From NCBI RefSeq assembly GCF_009914755.1, contig NC_060927.1: a stretch of DNA of 64,000 bases. One strand, given 5' to 3'. Each line of letters opens with the position of its first letter. Position 1 is the stretch's first letter. The notes beneath the pieces were generated by a model. The model worked only from the letters and a program-made list of their open reading frames with translations, did no database searches and was not told the origin of the DNA. This document shows, in pieces, positions 18,749 to 35,719 of this stretch. The translations under genes were made by a program, and so were the position numbers. This stretch comes from the human T2T-CHM13v2.0 reference genome, Homo sapiens.

Positions 18749-19423
18749 CTATAGAAAGAAATCACAGATCACTCTGTCACAAATAATAAAATTAAAACTG
18801 ACTCCTCACCTATTCAGAAAAAGGTCTATTCCATGTTCACTTTCTCACTTGTGAGACCAACATAAGTCTCCCTTGTTAAATACCATTCTGATCCTTCTCA
18901 AAATAATGGGAGGTGAGGGTTCCCAGTTGCAAAAACGATAAATATGACCATATTGCTTCTAGAAGCATACTCTTTCCAAGGTCTAAATATTTTCCTAAAT
19001 GGTATTTTGGGTATTTAATATTAAATATTGTCTCATTCAAGTACTTTCAGGATTGGCATGTTCCCAACTCTGTCTCTCCTCAATTCCGGTTTTATTACTG
19101 TAAGACAGTGAGGTAGTTAAGAGAAATTACTTTTATTGATAAGGAAATGCTGTTTCTACTTTCCTACCCCTATTTAGAAGTTCTGGAAAACTTCAGAATG
19201 TATTTTAATGTGAGTGGAAAGGCTCTGTGATCTCAAAAATAGCTCTACACACATAATTATTCAGCTTTTTGATTCAGTGTCTCTAAAACCCAGAGATGTG
19301 TTTCTTTGATTATGCAGAGGAAAGACATTTTATGAGTTATGTTACTGTTGAAAACACTAACCGCTTTCTCTGTGTCTTCCACCTCGATGCTCAGATTAAA
19401 TAGCTTGGTCAAATGTATGAGAG

Positions 19424-19585
19424 CAGTGCTTCTCAAACTTTAATGTTTATATAGATCATGTGGTGATATTGTTAAAATGAAGATTCTGATTCAATGGGAT
19501 GAAAAGTGGTCTGAGATCCTTCATTTCTAACAAGCTCCCAGGTGATGCTGATTCTGCTAGGCTGTACATCTCTTCAAAGTACTAG
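19424..19585. mobile_element. MER5-type hAT MITE
   Basis: cagtgcttctcaaactttaatg..gattctgattca..tttctaacaagctcccaggtgatgctga. Confidence 0.85.
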
Positions 19586-19919
19586 AAATGGGGAAGGGGG
19601 AAGCATGTGAATCATAGAAACTTAGAACAGCAAGGCCTTTAAAGAGTCCTTCTACCCATGTCTATGATTGGGAAACAAAGGTCCAGAGAGGAAAAGGTAT
19701 TTGTTCAAAGCCCACAGACTCTTGACATACCAGTGCCCTCCCTAAACCTCTCTCCTCTGCCTAATAACTGATTTGGAAATGTGGAGCTACACATCTTGCA
19801 TGGTGTTCTGCTGCTGCTCCATGGTTATTATTTAACTGCGTTATCATGGTCTAATATGTATTTCTTGATTTTAACCTAAAATGGCTCAACTTTATATTAT
19901 AATAACCTTGAGAAACTTT

Positions 19920-20130
19920 GTATGGAGTAGAAAGAGCATTACATCTGCAGTCAGGAGTGTGGGACTCAGTTCTTCCGCTACTAATTCCCATCTGTGTGAC
20001 CTCGTTCCGGCCATGAAACCCCTCTGAGCCTCAGATTTCTCATTTGTTGTGTGGAAATGGTGATAATGTCTGTTCTACCTGCCCCATAAGGTTGCTGTGA
20101 AGATGATGTAATATAATGTATGTGAAAGAT
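19920..20130 (+). mobile_element. MIR
   Basis: Core ctgtgtgacct..cctctgagcctcagatttctcatttg. Confidence 0.8.
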
Positions 20131-20266
20131 TTAATTTAATAATACTAAATAGAGCATTATAATATTTTCTGATATTAATCCATTAAGATAACTATTTACT
20201 AGCTGTCTATTTGGCTAACTGATAATAATCCTTTTGAGCTAGTATAGGCAATAATATGCATGGTAC

Positions 20267-20347
20267 CTAATCTCCTGTTCTTCTCTTGTCAAGCCTGATC
20301 CAAATTTTTGATGTATCTTGGCAGAACTAAGCCAGTCTTCCAAAGAA
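20267..20347 (-). CDS. ATP13A4: ATP13A4 coding exon 5 (81 nt, phase 2-2): (G)SLEDWLSSAKIHQKFGSGLTREEQEI(R)
   Basis: Acceptor ttattattttag|TTC and donor TAG|gtacca; separated from exon 4 by a 92-nt intron; GLTxxE motif typical of the cation-ATPase N-terminal domain. Confidence 0.93.
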
Positions 20348-20439
20348 CTAAAATAATAATAATGAAAAGAACATATTTAGCAATAATATTTTTGAGATAA
20401 CATTTTTCTTCTTTGGCTGTACTTGCTAAAACAACTTAC

Positions 20440-20510
20440 CCAATTTTCTGGAACTGTCCTTCTAAGTAGTTCCAAACATATCTTATTTTCTGCACTTTGA
20501 TGCATCTCAC
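20440..20510 (-). CDS. ATP13A4: ATP13A4 coding exon 4 (71 nt, phase 0-2): VRCIKVQKIRYVWNYLEGQFQKI(G)
   Basis: Acceptor cttttcttttgcag|GTG and donor TGG|gtaagt; frame continuous with exon 3. Confidence 0.94.
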
Positions 20511-21101
20511 CTGCAAAAGAAAAGTACTAAGAAAACCTCTAGTTTGAGGATCAGAGAATAAACAGCAACCCAGTGGCTAAAGAAGCATTTGTTTGAAAAG
20601 CAAAGATAAAACTCTAACATACTTATTTAAGATTTTATCCTTTTCTAATTTACCCTTTGCTTTTCTACCATACAAATGGTATTCTTTATTAGAAGTCATC
20701 ATTCAATCAACATGTATCATGGACCTACTATATAGAAAAATATATATGAATAAAACTTAGTCTCTGCATTCTACTACTTTATAAACTAAGGAGGAAAAAA
20801 TTCCAAAAACAAGGCATACAGTCCAATATGTACCATGCCAAAAAATAAAAACATAATAACATAAAAAATACGGTCTTGAAATGCTGTAGACGTAAAGAGA
20901 GAGAAGATGATGGAAGGCATCATGATGGAGATGATGTATGAGTTACAGTGTCGAAGGATTGGAAGACTTATACTCAGATGAGAAAATAGAAAGTATTTTA
21001 AAGAGATTGTTCACAAGTTAGTTTGGGGGAAGAAGGCAAGTGAGCACGCCTGTTTGTAGAATGAAGAATGAAGCTAGAAAGGTAAACTGAAACCAAAGTA
21101 T

Positions 21102-21212
21102 TGATACAGGAGTTAAGAAGAAATTACTTGGGCAGATAATGAGGCTACATAAGTCCTCGGTAAGGTTTTCTTTTTAATGAAAAGCAGTGCCCAGTCATTT
21201 TCCTTTCTAACA
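21102..21212 (+). mobile_element. ERV1 LTR 5' fragment (LTR9/MER61-like)
   Basis: TGATACAGGAGTTAAGAAGAAATTACTTGGGCAGATA.. LTR start; only about 110 bp present. Confidence 0.7.
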
Positions 21213-25580
<4,368 letters not shown>

Positions 25581-25879
25581 TCCTGGTAGCCAGATTAAAC
25601 CAGTAAAAAAAAGAAAAAGAAAAAGATACTAAAATACTGAAAAAGATTAGGCTGGCAGCAAATACTAAAGAACAAAGAGGAGGTTATTACAAAAAAAAAA
25701 GGAAGTGAGGGTCTGAGACTGTTGGCAGTGGGAGAAAAGGGAAGGGTTGACGCTTATGACAATTGTGTGTTCTTGCTTCTGATTCTTTAAGCAAGTTCAT
25801 ATGTGAATGTGAATTTCCGTGAACTGATGACCTAACTGAACACAAAAAGAAACAGCGAGACTGCCATATTGTCACAGAG

Positions 25880-26050
25880 CAATGGTTATTATACTCTCAG
25901 GCTGCTCATTGGAATCATCTGGGGAGCTTTGAAAAAGACTGCTGTCTGGCCCCACCCTTAAGGATTCTGATTTAATTTGTCTGCAGTGCATTCTGGGCAT
26001 AATATTTATAATTTTCCTCACATAATTTTAATGTGCAGCCAACAGTGTCT
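25880..26050. mobile_element. MER5-type hAT MITE
   Basis: ggaatcatctggggagctttg..gattctgatttaatttgtctg..ttttaatgtgcagcca. Confidence 0.75.
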
Positions 26051-27772
26051 AGAGCTTCCTTTTGTAGCTACTCTGCTAGATTCCTATTTGAGAACTTCAA
26101 CTAAATTTTCCTGTGCTTCAGTTTCCCCATGAATAAATTTAGACAATTGGACAGATTATGTCTATATTCTACCTCAGCTTCTCTCTAGGTATTCTATGTG
26201 CAAGAATATTATAGTCATTATAACCATTAGATACATTTTAAAACTGGAAAGACCATATAGCTGGCACAAAATAAGTGCTCAATACATTTTTTTATTAAAT
26301 AAATGAATGAAAGCTTTGTAAAACCGTGTCAACTAGAAATGCAGTTTAAATCCCTTAGCTCTAAGGTCTAGGTTACCAAAAATGAATGCTAACTCTATGC
26401 AATAGGTGTATGTACAGGTACACATGTGCACGTGTGCAAACACACACACAGACATTCAAAGTTACCAAATAGCATGTAAAATGCTGTATTTTTTTATTTT
26501 ACAGAATGGATTTATTTCAGCAAGGTTGATTGAAACATAATGCATTTAAAAAGTATATCTTATTGCCGATTTAGAGTGAATTTCCAGTAGGAATGACACA
26601 CAATCTCTCTCTAATTTGCAGATTTCACAATCTGCAAAGGAAATATTTGTAAATGACAGGCTCTAGGGTGTGTTAGCCATCATGACACATGTTGAAATCT
26701 CAAGCATCTTGCCTCACAATTTACTTTTCTCTTCAGTATTCTTTGCAATTTTGCAAATAGAGCAGGATTGTAATCACAGCTACTATTTTTTGGGCATGTT
26801 AGGACTTTTCACACGTTATGTTTAGTCTTTTCCATCATCCTGTGGTAGGGCAGATATTATTTTCCTCTTCACTTTGCGCCTGAAGTTCATTTTGCTTAAG
26901 TAACTTCCCAGGAATTTGAACTCCAGCCCATCTGGCTCCAGAGTTCAATCTCTCAAAGGATATCATATTCAAGCTAGTCCCAAAGGAAAATCTGAAAATC
27001 CATTGACTTCAGGATTCAAGCTGTATAAAGTGATGGCTATCTACTTATTAATTATATAAATGCAAAAATCTGTGTTAGAAATATTTTAAAGGACAAATTG
27101 TGGTTCCAATGTGAGGCCCCTGATCAGTTCGAGAACCTCTTATCAAGAGGCAGAAACCACACACTGAGGTTGAAAAATGTATAAAACATAATAGACATGA
27201 AACATCTGTAGATGAACGCAGCAATAATGAGAAATAAAGAGGCTACTGATAAGTTTTACCTCAGGCCAGAAAATAGAAAATTCCATTATCTTCTGACAAT
27301 TTCTTAAGCCATTTCTCACAGAGTGAGAAGAATGGCTCCATCCTAGACCTTTTGAGCATATTTGAGATTCCCGCAGGAGAAAACATCTCTGCCAGGAGTT
27401 TATCTGCTTCCCCCATCACTCTCAGAGCCTCTGGAAGCTGGTAAGAGGATGTTAAGTACAATATTTGCAAGAGATGAGGTTTATTTGCCTATTTCCTGGA
27501 AATTCAGACCAGGAAACAGCAATTAGGAAACCAAGTATCTGCTGCGGGGTGAATTTCATCTTTCTGCTCAGGAATAAGGAAGATTTCCTCTCCCCGGGCT
27601 TTCTGCTTGTAATTTCTTGTTAGAACATGTTATAAGAGCATCCTGTTTAACAAGTTAAGCACTGGGTGTTAGCTTTGCCTGTAATCCTGCAAGATGGTCC
27701 TTAGCATCTCCTCTTAGCCTGTTTCCAAACCTGACATAGTTCTTTGCTGTAGTCTTCAGACTTCCTTTAAAC

Positions 27773-28105
27773 CAGCGATCTCCAACCTTTTTTGGCACCA
27801 AGGACCGGTTTTGTGGAAGAGAATTTTTTCACGAATCTTGGGGATGCGGTGATGGTTTCGGATCATCAGGCAATCATTAGATTCTCATAAGGAGCACCGT
27901 AACCTAGATCCCTCACATGCGCAGTTCACAATATTAAGGATTTCACTCCTATGAGAATCTCATGCTGCTGCTGACCTGACAGGAGGCAGAACTCAGGAGG
28001 TAATGCTCGCCGGCTTGCCAGCAGCTCACCTCCTGCTGTGTGGCCTGGTTCCTAACAGGCCATGGACAGGGCACCAATCGGTGGCCTGGGGATTGGGGAC
28101 CCCTC
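27773..28105. mobile_element. MER1B hAT-Charlie MITE
   Basis: Termini cagcgatctccaacctttttggcacc and ggggattggggacccctc; 8-bp TSD CTTTAAAC/CTTTAAAT. Confidence 0.9.
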
Positions 28106-28642
28106 CTTTAAATGCCCCTAAATGGTTACCCTCTTGGTAATGCTGTTATTGTCATCAAGGCTGAGCCCATGACAGCTCCTCTGACTTTAAGGAAAGTTTT
28201 GTTACTAGCATAGCTCATTGAAGTTCACAAATGACCTTAATATCCATCGTCTCATTGTGTGTTCATAACAGCCCTGAGAAAGGCAAAGAAGGGGTATTAC
28301 TTTTATTTTATAAATAAGAAACTCAAGACCAGAGAGGCAGTAACTAACCAAACTGCCTATGCCGTAGCTGGTAAATGAAGATAGTACACCTATCACAACT
28401 TTCCATTTCAAGACCTCTGCCCCTCCTACAATTCTGTGTGTTGACTTGGCCATTTCTTCATTTATCTGTCCACTTATTTATTTGATGCTACTAAAGATGC
28501 TAGAATTTCAGAGCAATAAAACTATGAGAACATAGGCTATCTGGGAAGCTTATTTCTCCAGGTGAATGGACATCTAACAGATTAGGGAAACTATTATTTG
28601 GAGGTACTTGACCTCCTTTGTTTTTGTTTATTTGGGCAGCTA

Positions 28643-28999
<357 letters not shown>

Positions 29000-29329
29000 T
29001 TACTTTATTACTTTAAATAACTGAACTTGAGCTCATAAAACTAATTTAAACAGCTGACCACACATACATAAATGTAAGACAAAACATTCTGTCTTATAAA
29101 ATGTTTTTAATATGAATGTTAACTAGTCATAATCCAAGCAGAACTAATTTAATAGGGTGAAGAGGGAGCAACCCAAATACATTTGAATGACAAGAATTCA
29201 AATAAGGTCATTTTTGTAGGCATAAGCAAACCTCCTGGGATATTCCTGGGTGATTACTTTTACTATAAGATTAACCCTGTTACATAGATTGTAATATGGG
29301 GAACGATACTATTAGAGCTAATATGTAAG

Positions 29330-29508
29330 AGCTGGGCTGGGCGGTACATGCCTGCAATCCCAGCTACTAGGGAGGCTGAGGCAGGAGGATCACTTGAGCC
29401 CAGGAGTTTGAGGCTGTAGTGTATTATAATCATGCACCTGTGAATAGCCACTGCACTCCAGCCTGGGCAACATAGTGAGATCCTACCTCTAACAAAAGGA
29501 AAAGAAAA
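29330..29508 (+). mobile_element. FAM (fossil Alu monomer) inserted in a MIR (MIR continues ~29520-29740, minus)
   Basis: 7SL-like cctgtgaatagccactgcactccagcctgggcaacatag; TSD approximately TAGAGCTAATATGTA/TAGAGCGAGTATGTA. Confidence 0.85.
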
Positions 29509-29842
29509 TAGAGCGAGTATGTATTGAGCATCTGCTATATACCTGGAACTACTTTAATCTTTGTATTTCTAAATTTATTGAATTTTATCAATTAATATTA
29601 GAAATAGACATTATTATCATCATTTTGTAGATGAGAAAACAGGCTCAGCAGAGTTAAGATCAATGGTTGCGCTATTTAGAAGGAGCAAGCTGAGATTTGG
29701 ACTGTCTGGCTCCAAAGTTCACATTTTAAATATACACTATCAAATGAGGATTGGCACAGTAGAGGAGCTACATTTAACTATATACTTGAGGGGAAAAAGA
29801 TTAAATCTCTCTGACATCAGCAGTAGCCATAAGTTTACTTAC

Positions 29843-29989
29843 CTTTAGGTCTGGCTTTCTTATGGCTCTATTTATGATATACTCCTCATCTGTCATGAGA
29901 GGGTGGTCAGGAGTGAGACCAAATGCGCTGTTTAATGCTGACAGGTAGATCCATATTACCTTTTTCCAAGAGTAAATTTGGAATTCATC
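29843..29989 (-). CDS. ATP13A4: ATP13A4 coding exon 3 (147 nt, phase 0-0): DEFQIYSWKKVIWIYLSALNSAFGLTPDHPLMTDEEYIINRAIRKPDLK
   Basis: Acceptor gtctatctcctcag|GAT and donor AAG|gtaagt; 49 open codons in phase with exons 2 and 4. Confidence 0.93.
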
Positions 29990-31345
29990 CTGAGGAGATA
30001 GACATCAAAACCCCCAAGAAGTTAAGAGAGGTCAGCAGGCTACAATTCAACCTGAGAAACATCATTTTAATATAATTCTGTAAGTGTTTGGCGTTAGTGA
30101 ATATTCTAGACAGAACGGTTTGTCTCTGAAAGATGATGGATCTAGAACCTTGAGGGAAAAAGACCTGTCATCACTGACTGAGGAATCTGGATATGAAGAT
30201 GAGGCACTGACACATAACAAAGCTTGAGAATCAGGAGGCTCATTCGCAGGTAAGAACTAGTTCACTGCATCACCTTTCAACCACCTTTCAGCCCATGACC
30301 TGATGACCATCCCCATCTTTCAAGGCTTAACTCAAATTCCACCTCCTACAGAACAGCCTCATTAACACCCTTCCACCGGGGCGGGGCAGGGGGGGGAACT
30401 ATCACTTTGTTAACTCCAAAAAAATGTTAAGTGTCCCTCTCTTGTGCTCTTAATCACTTTTTCTAGTCCTTCTAGACTACCTGGAATGCAGGGATCACGT
30501 TTTATTGTTCCTTATCTCCCATTCATGTGGAGCACTGAGACCTGCTCAGTCAGAGTCTGAAGAATGGAAGAAAAAAACTGAATCCATGGACTGAACCTGC
30601 CCAAGGTAATTGCCAAGATGTTAGCACAGGTGGGGTTGAAGAAGGCACCTTATTGCATGACCCTAATTAAAATTGCTTCCATTTGCAGTTCACTGATTAC
30701 TTCACACAGAGTAAAATTAGAGGGAGAAGCACAGGATTGAGAAACAGATACCACAATGGTCCCTTAGAGACCTATTTGACAGTGGTTATTGTCTGAATAG
30801 GGAAATACTAAACATAAAACCCACTCAGATGACTGACAAACCTCAGGATTCAAGAAGTATAACAGAAAAAGTCAAACGTGGGAAAAATTTGATGCTTGGG
30901 AAATGTAGGTCAGAGCTGGAAATTGTCTCCACCACCACACCCATTTTTGCTATGAAGAGTGCCCTAGCTGACTCTGCAAAAGGCAGAGAGGGGAAGATAC
31001 AATCATTGTAGCTAATCTCTTATATTCATCCTCCTAAGAGAAGACCGTCTGTATGCCTTTGCTCCTGCTGCTTCCTTAGCCTGTAGTACACATTCTTCTC
31101 TCTTCTCCTTAAGTCTTTACATGGCTGGATTCTACCATCCTTCAGGGTCCAGCTCAGAGTTTATGTCCTGAGAACCTCCCTAATTACTCTGGGTGATCTC
31201 TCCTCTAAATCATCAGGATACTCAAGATTCCTACCACATTTTACCCTTTGCCTATCCACCTTACCACTTCTCTTGGACTATGGGTAGGAATTGTGTATGA
31301 TGCATGTCTGCACTTCAGCCAGGCTTAGCACAGGTTCTGTGTGCA

Positions 31346-31346
31346 T

Positions 31347-31393
<47 letters not shown>

Positions 31394-31400
31394 AGAGAGA
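31346..31400. repeat. Compound (TG)n(GA)n microsatellite
   Basis: Direct reading. Confidence 0.95.
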
Positions 31401-33936
31401 TGAAGAAGGGAAGGAAGCCAACAAGAGGGGAAAATAACCTTAATAGAAATTGGAATATTAATTAATTAATCAATTTTAAAAGCCAATGTAATTGGCTGTT
31501 ACACTGTGGATTTAAAAAAAAAGGTGACTAAATCAATTCAAATCAAATTGTATGGAGTTAAGAATGATGAGCCTAAGAATGGTGGAAGGGAGCTAAATTT
31601 TCAATGACTAAGTCACCGATCTGATGATAGACATGGTCTAGGTATGGTAGAGTAGGCAACCAACTCTCTTGAACAAACCTTGACACAGTTCAGCATTATA
31701 TAGCTTTGCTTTTGACTTTATCAAAGCAGTTTTTAAGTAAGAACTTTCCATTTCTAATAACAGTTAATATTTATTTCACACTTATTATGTTCTAAGCACA
31801 TAATGCTACATATGTATTATTTCATTTAATGTCAAAAACACTATGGAATTGTTACAGTTAATTATTCTCCCATTTAGTTGGCAAGGAAAGAAAGACATAC
31901 TTGGTAACTATTAGAGCAGGCACTTAACAGTCACCTCCCCACTCCTGCTTGCCTCCTCCAGAGTCCCCTCTAACCTTCCACTTTATTCTACATTTTGCTA
32001 AAAAATATAATTTGATTGGACTGCCATTTTTATGTCGAGCCTGAACTGGAACTTCTAAAAAACATAGTTTCAATGAAAAATTTGGTAAGAAAATGTATAA
32101 TTTGTAGGTAAATAGGAACACAAATTATAAAAGAGCCATCAAGACCAGAGACCTCTTGCCACCAAGTAGGGACAATTAGGAAGACAGCAACTATTAATCG
32201 TCTCCAGTGAATTAAAATAATATTAACAACTTTCATATGTTTACCTAGCAGTTTCATAATTTTCATATGATTACATAGCAGTTTGTAGAAATTTTGTTAT
32301 GTTATCTTATTTTAGGCTTACAATTCTCCAGTGTTGGTATTATAATTATCTCCATTTTGCAGATGAGAAAACTAACCACCAGCAAGGCTAAGAATTGCTC
32401 AAGCCAGTCTGAAACTGGTAGTAGGAATAAAACTGAGACCTGAGTCCAGATCTTTCCATTCCAAATCTTGGTCCCTTCCTCTTTATTTCAACAAGTTGTC
32501 CCATGGTGTCTATGGCTTGCATGTAAAAATCACCTTGAATTCTGTACCAACTGACAAATAGTATCCAGTTTCTCACAATCTCTGCTCTCCTGACAGCATA
32601 GAATCTAATTCCTGAAATCAAGCTGTCACCCTCTGGCCCTGTGTGACAGCAGACAGACCTCCAGACTGTAATGCCTAAAGAGGGAAAAGCAAAGTGTCCA
32701 GGTTCTCAAAGGCCATATTAATCCAGTGCACCAACTAACTGTATGCCTTAGTCTAGGTGTGTATTAAAAACTGACATTCATCTATACACCTATCTCTTCT
32801 TATAGCTCATAATATTATCAAATCAAAGGTACTTGGATATATTTGCCTTTAAGCTCATTTCCTAACATCCCCATTTACTCCCAATCCCAATACTCATAAT
32901 TCTGTATGATACAAAGTAGAATAAAATAATTCTACTAATTATGTATCATACATAATTCTGTATGATACAAAGTAGAAAAAATAAAAGATAGGACAGCTAG
33001 ATGACCCTTTTGCTTAGAGTAGGGGAGTGACACTGACTTCTCTCTTGTATACTACCCTGTTGAGGACTCTGTCAAATCACCCAGCTTTTTAAGGAAAAAA
33101 AGCAAAGAAATGGAAGGAAAGTACACCAGTGTGAAGTGGTCACTTCAGGCAAAATCATTGACTTCTCAGTTTTCATTTTGGGGTTGTCCAATATGGCAAG
33201 AGCACAGGCTTGAGGCCTGAACTCAAATCCCAGCTCTAAACTGTCTTACAACTGTCTGAAGCTAATTTTCTTTATTTAGAAAATGGAAGTAATACCAAAT
33301 TTCATGGATGTTTGAAGGATTAAATGAAGTATACATAATGTGTCTGATCTAAGGTTTGGCCCATAGCAGGGAGGCAACAAATGGTATGGCTCTGTGCCTC
33401 ATTTTTCATAGCATGTTGTTTCTGAGTTCTTTCTGTAAGTAGGAACTTATTCTCCCTTTGAGGAAACTCTAAAAGTCTCTCAATTTTTCCTTTTTGGAAA
33501 AGCAGCATCTTTGCCTGTAAATGGCTTCTTCTACTTTAGTCTGTTTCCCAGCTCTCTTCAAAGCAGGTAATGATTTGTAAAATACTTAAATGTACCAGAG
33601 GAGCTACCATTTTAAATAATTGGTTTATAATGCAAATAATGCAAAGTGCTTGCCTGGCAAATCTGGACTTTTTACACCTCAGGTCTCATTGAGAAGGCTT
33701 TACCTCCTCTTTATCAAAAATATTAACCGGATCAGTCCTTGAACTCTAAAAAAATAGGTTTTACAAAAATTCAAGAGTGCATTTCAAAAGTCGAATGTAT
33801 ACAAAGGACCAGTGTTTGACCTGGACTGAAAAACAGAGGGAGAAACCTGGACATTTTTTATTTCCTGTGGTTTTGTACTTTCTGACCCTGGAAATGCCAG
33901 ATAAACTTTTAGACTTGAATGAAGCAAGCTATCTCG

Positions 33937-34311
33937 TGATATGGTTTGGCGGTGTCCCCATCCAAATCTCCTCTTGAATTGTAGTTCCCATAATCCCCTC
34001 ATGTCATGGGAGGGACCCAGTGGGGGGTAATTTAATCATGGGGGCAGTTACACTCATGCTGTTCTCATGATAGTGAGTAAGTTATCACGAGATCTGATGG
34101 CTTTATAAGGGGCTTTCACCCTTTTGCTTGGCACTTCTCCTCGCTGCCAGCATGTGAAGAAGGATGTGTTTGCTTCCCCTTCCACCATGATTGTAAGTTT
34201 CCTGAGGCCTCCCCAGACATGCTGAACTGTGAGTCAATTAAACCTCTTTCCTTTATAAATTACCCAGTTTTGGGTATGTCTTTATTAGCAGCGTGAGAAC
34301 AGACTAACACA
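33937..34311 (+). mobile_element. THE1 (C/D) solo LTR, MaLR
   Basis: TGATATGGTTTGG..GACTAACACA; 5-bp TSD TCTCG/TCTTG. Confidence 0.93.
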
Positions 34312-35258
34312 TCTTGCTTAACCTAATTCTATCCTTTTACAATAAGAACCTCATCCCTTGAAATTTAAAAGCAATATAATGGTTGCTTCAAGTTCAGGCC
34401 AATGCTGTGACCTCTCTTGTATAGTTCACTACACAAAAAAATGTAGTTCTGGCTTGCCTTAAAAAGAACCCATTTCAAAGTTCCAATGAGACATTAGAAA
34501 GTGAGTAATTTTCTCCTGGAGATGGATACATTGCAATGCTAAAAGGCTGAACTCTAGCTCATGTGAAATACCTAGAGGATTATGGATAATGTAATAATAA
34601 ATTTCTCAGGCTATTCTAAAATGCTGCACTGCCTTTATAGACCCATAACTTTGGTAAAATTCTTTTATTTTTACAGCTATCATTTTTTTTCTTTCTCTTT
34701 CCCTCTCCTGGCCAGACTCATTGATGCTCTTAACATCCCGACCTCATATTCCCAATGTCTTTTAGTTGGAAAAAAGTTGACATTGGCTAGAATATAGGAT
34801 TTAGTTATAATATACATAAAGTTCTAAGTTTTGGAGAAATTCTCACAATAATTATTATCTCAGTATATGTTGTCCAAAAAAAAAGAGGAGGGAGGGACAA
34901 CACAATGAGGTTATTAACAAAGCAAAGGCTATGTTTATGTTTGTGTACAAAACAAGGAAATCTAGCAAACTCAGCATACATTTTTTTGGAGGGATGGGAT
35001 TTGGGGCTTGCTCATTTTTGTAGCTGTTTTCTGAGGGGAAATGGAGCAGTGGATTAGCGGGTCATCGTCTGAAACTTCTGGAGATATAGTGTGTAGTAAA
35101 AAGTTGACTAATGCCCATGGAATGCCTGCATGCCAAGCAGTCTTTATTTCAGAACTTTACACATATCACATCCTTAGTTCTCACAAGGAGATAGGTATTA
35201 TCATCAGCCCCGGTTAACAGAAAAAAAATGGAGGCAAAAAGAGGTTAAATAACCTGCC

Positions 35259-35633
35259 TGTTATGAATTGAGTTGTGTCCCCTCAAAATTCTCATGTTGA
35301 ACCCCTCACCTCCAACATATTTGGAGATAAAGCCTTTAAGAAGGTAATTAATGTTGAATGAGGCCATAAGGGTACACACTAATCCAAAAGGACTAATGTC
35401 CATATGAGATGAAGAGACACCAGGTGTGCAAGAGCACAGAGAAAAGACCCCATGAAGACACAGTGAGAAGACAGCCTTCTTCAAGCCAGGAAGAGAGGCC
35501 TCACCAGAAACCAACTCTCCTGGCCCTAGATCTTGGACTTTCGGCTCCCAGAACTATGAAACAATAAATTTCTGTTATTTCAGCAAAACCTGGTGTGTGG
35601 TATTTTGCTATAGAAGCCTAGCAGGCAAATACA
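35259..35633 (+). mobile_element. MLT1B solo LTR nested in a MIR (MIR ~35110-35258 and 35634-35720)
   Basis: TGTTATG..AATACA; perfect 5-bp TSD CTGCC. Confidence 0.9.
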
Positions 35634-35719
35634 CTGCCCAAGGTCAAGAGCAGTGCTGGGAATCAAATCCAGGTACTCAGAACCTAGAGTTTATTCTTAA
35701 ACCACTTCACAATGCTGCC

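Noticed and set aside
29843-30051. Alternative reading as a pseudogene exon with TGA stops, and a 70-nt internal GT-AG segment (29890-29959)
   Set aside because: The region is fully explained as ATP13A4 exon 3 in its open frame; the alternatives frameshift and have no support.
30133-30255. Plus-strand donor CAG|GTAAGA, possible antisense exon
   Set aside because: No convincing acceptor, partner exon or promoter; isolated donor motifs are common.
30378-30396. GC box and G-run GGGGCGGGGCAGGGGGGGG
   Set aside because: Isolated in AT-rich, L2-derived DNA with no CpG island or other promoter features.
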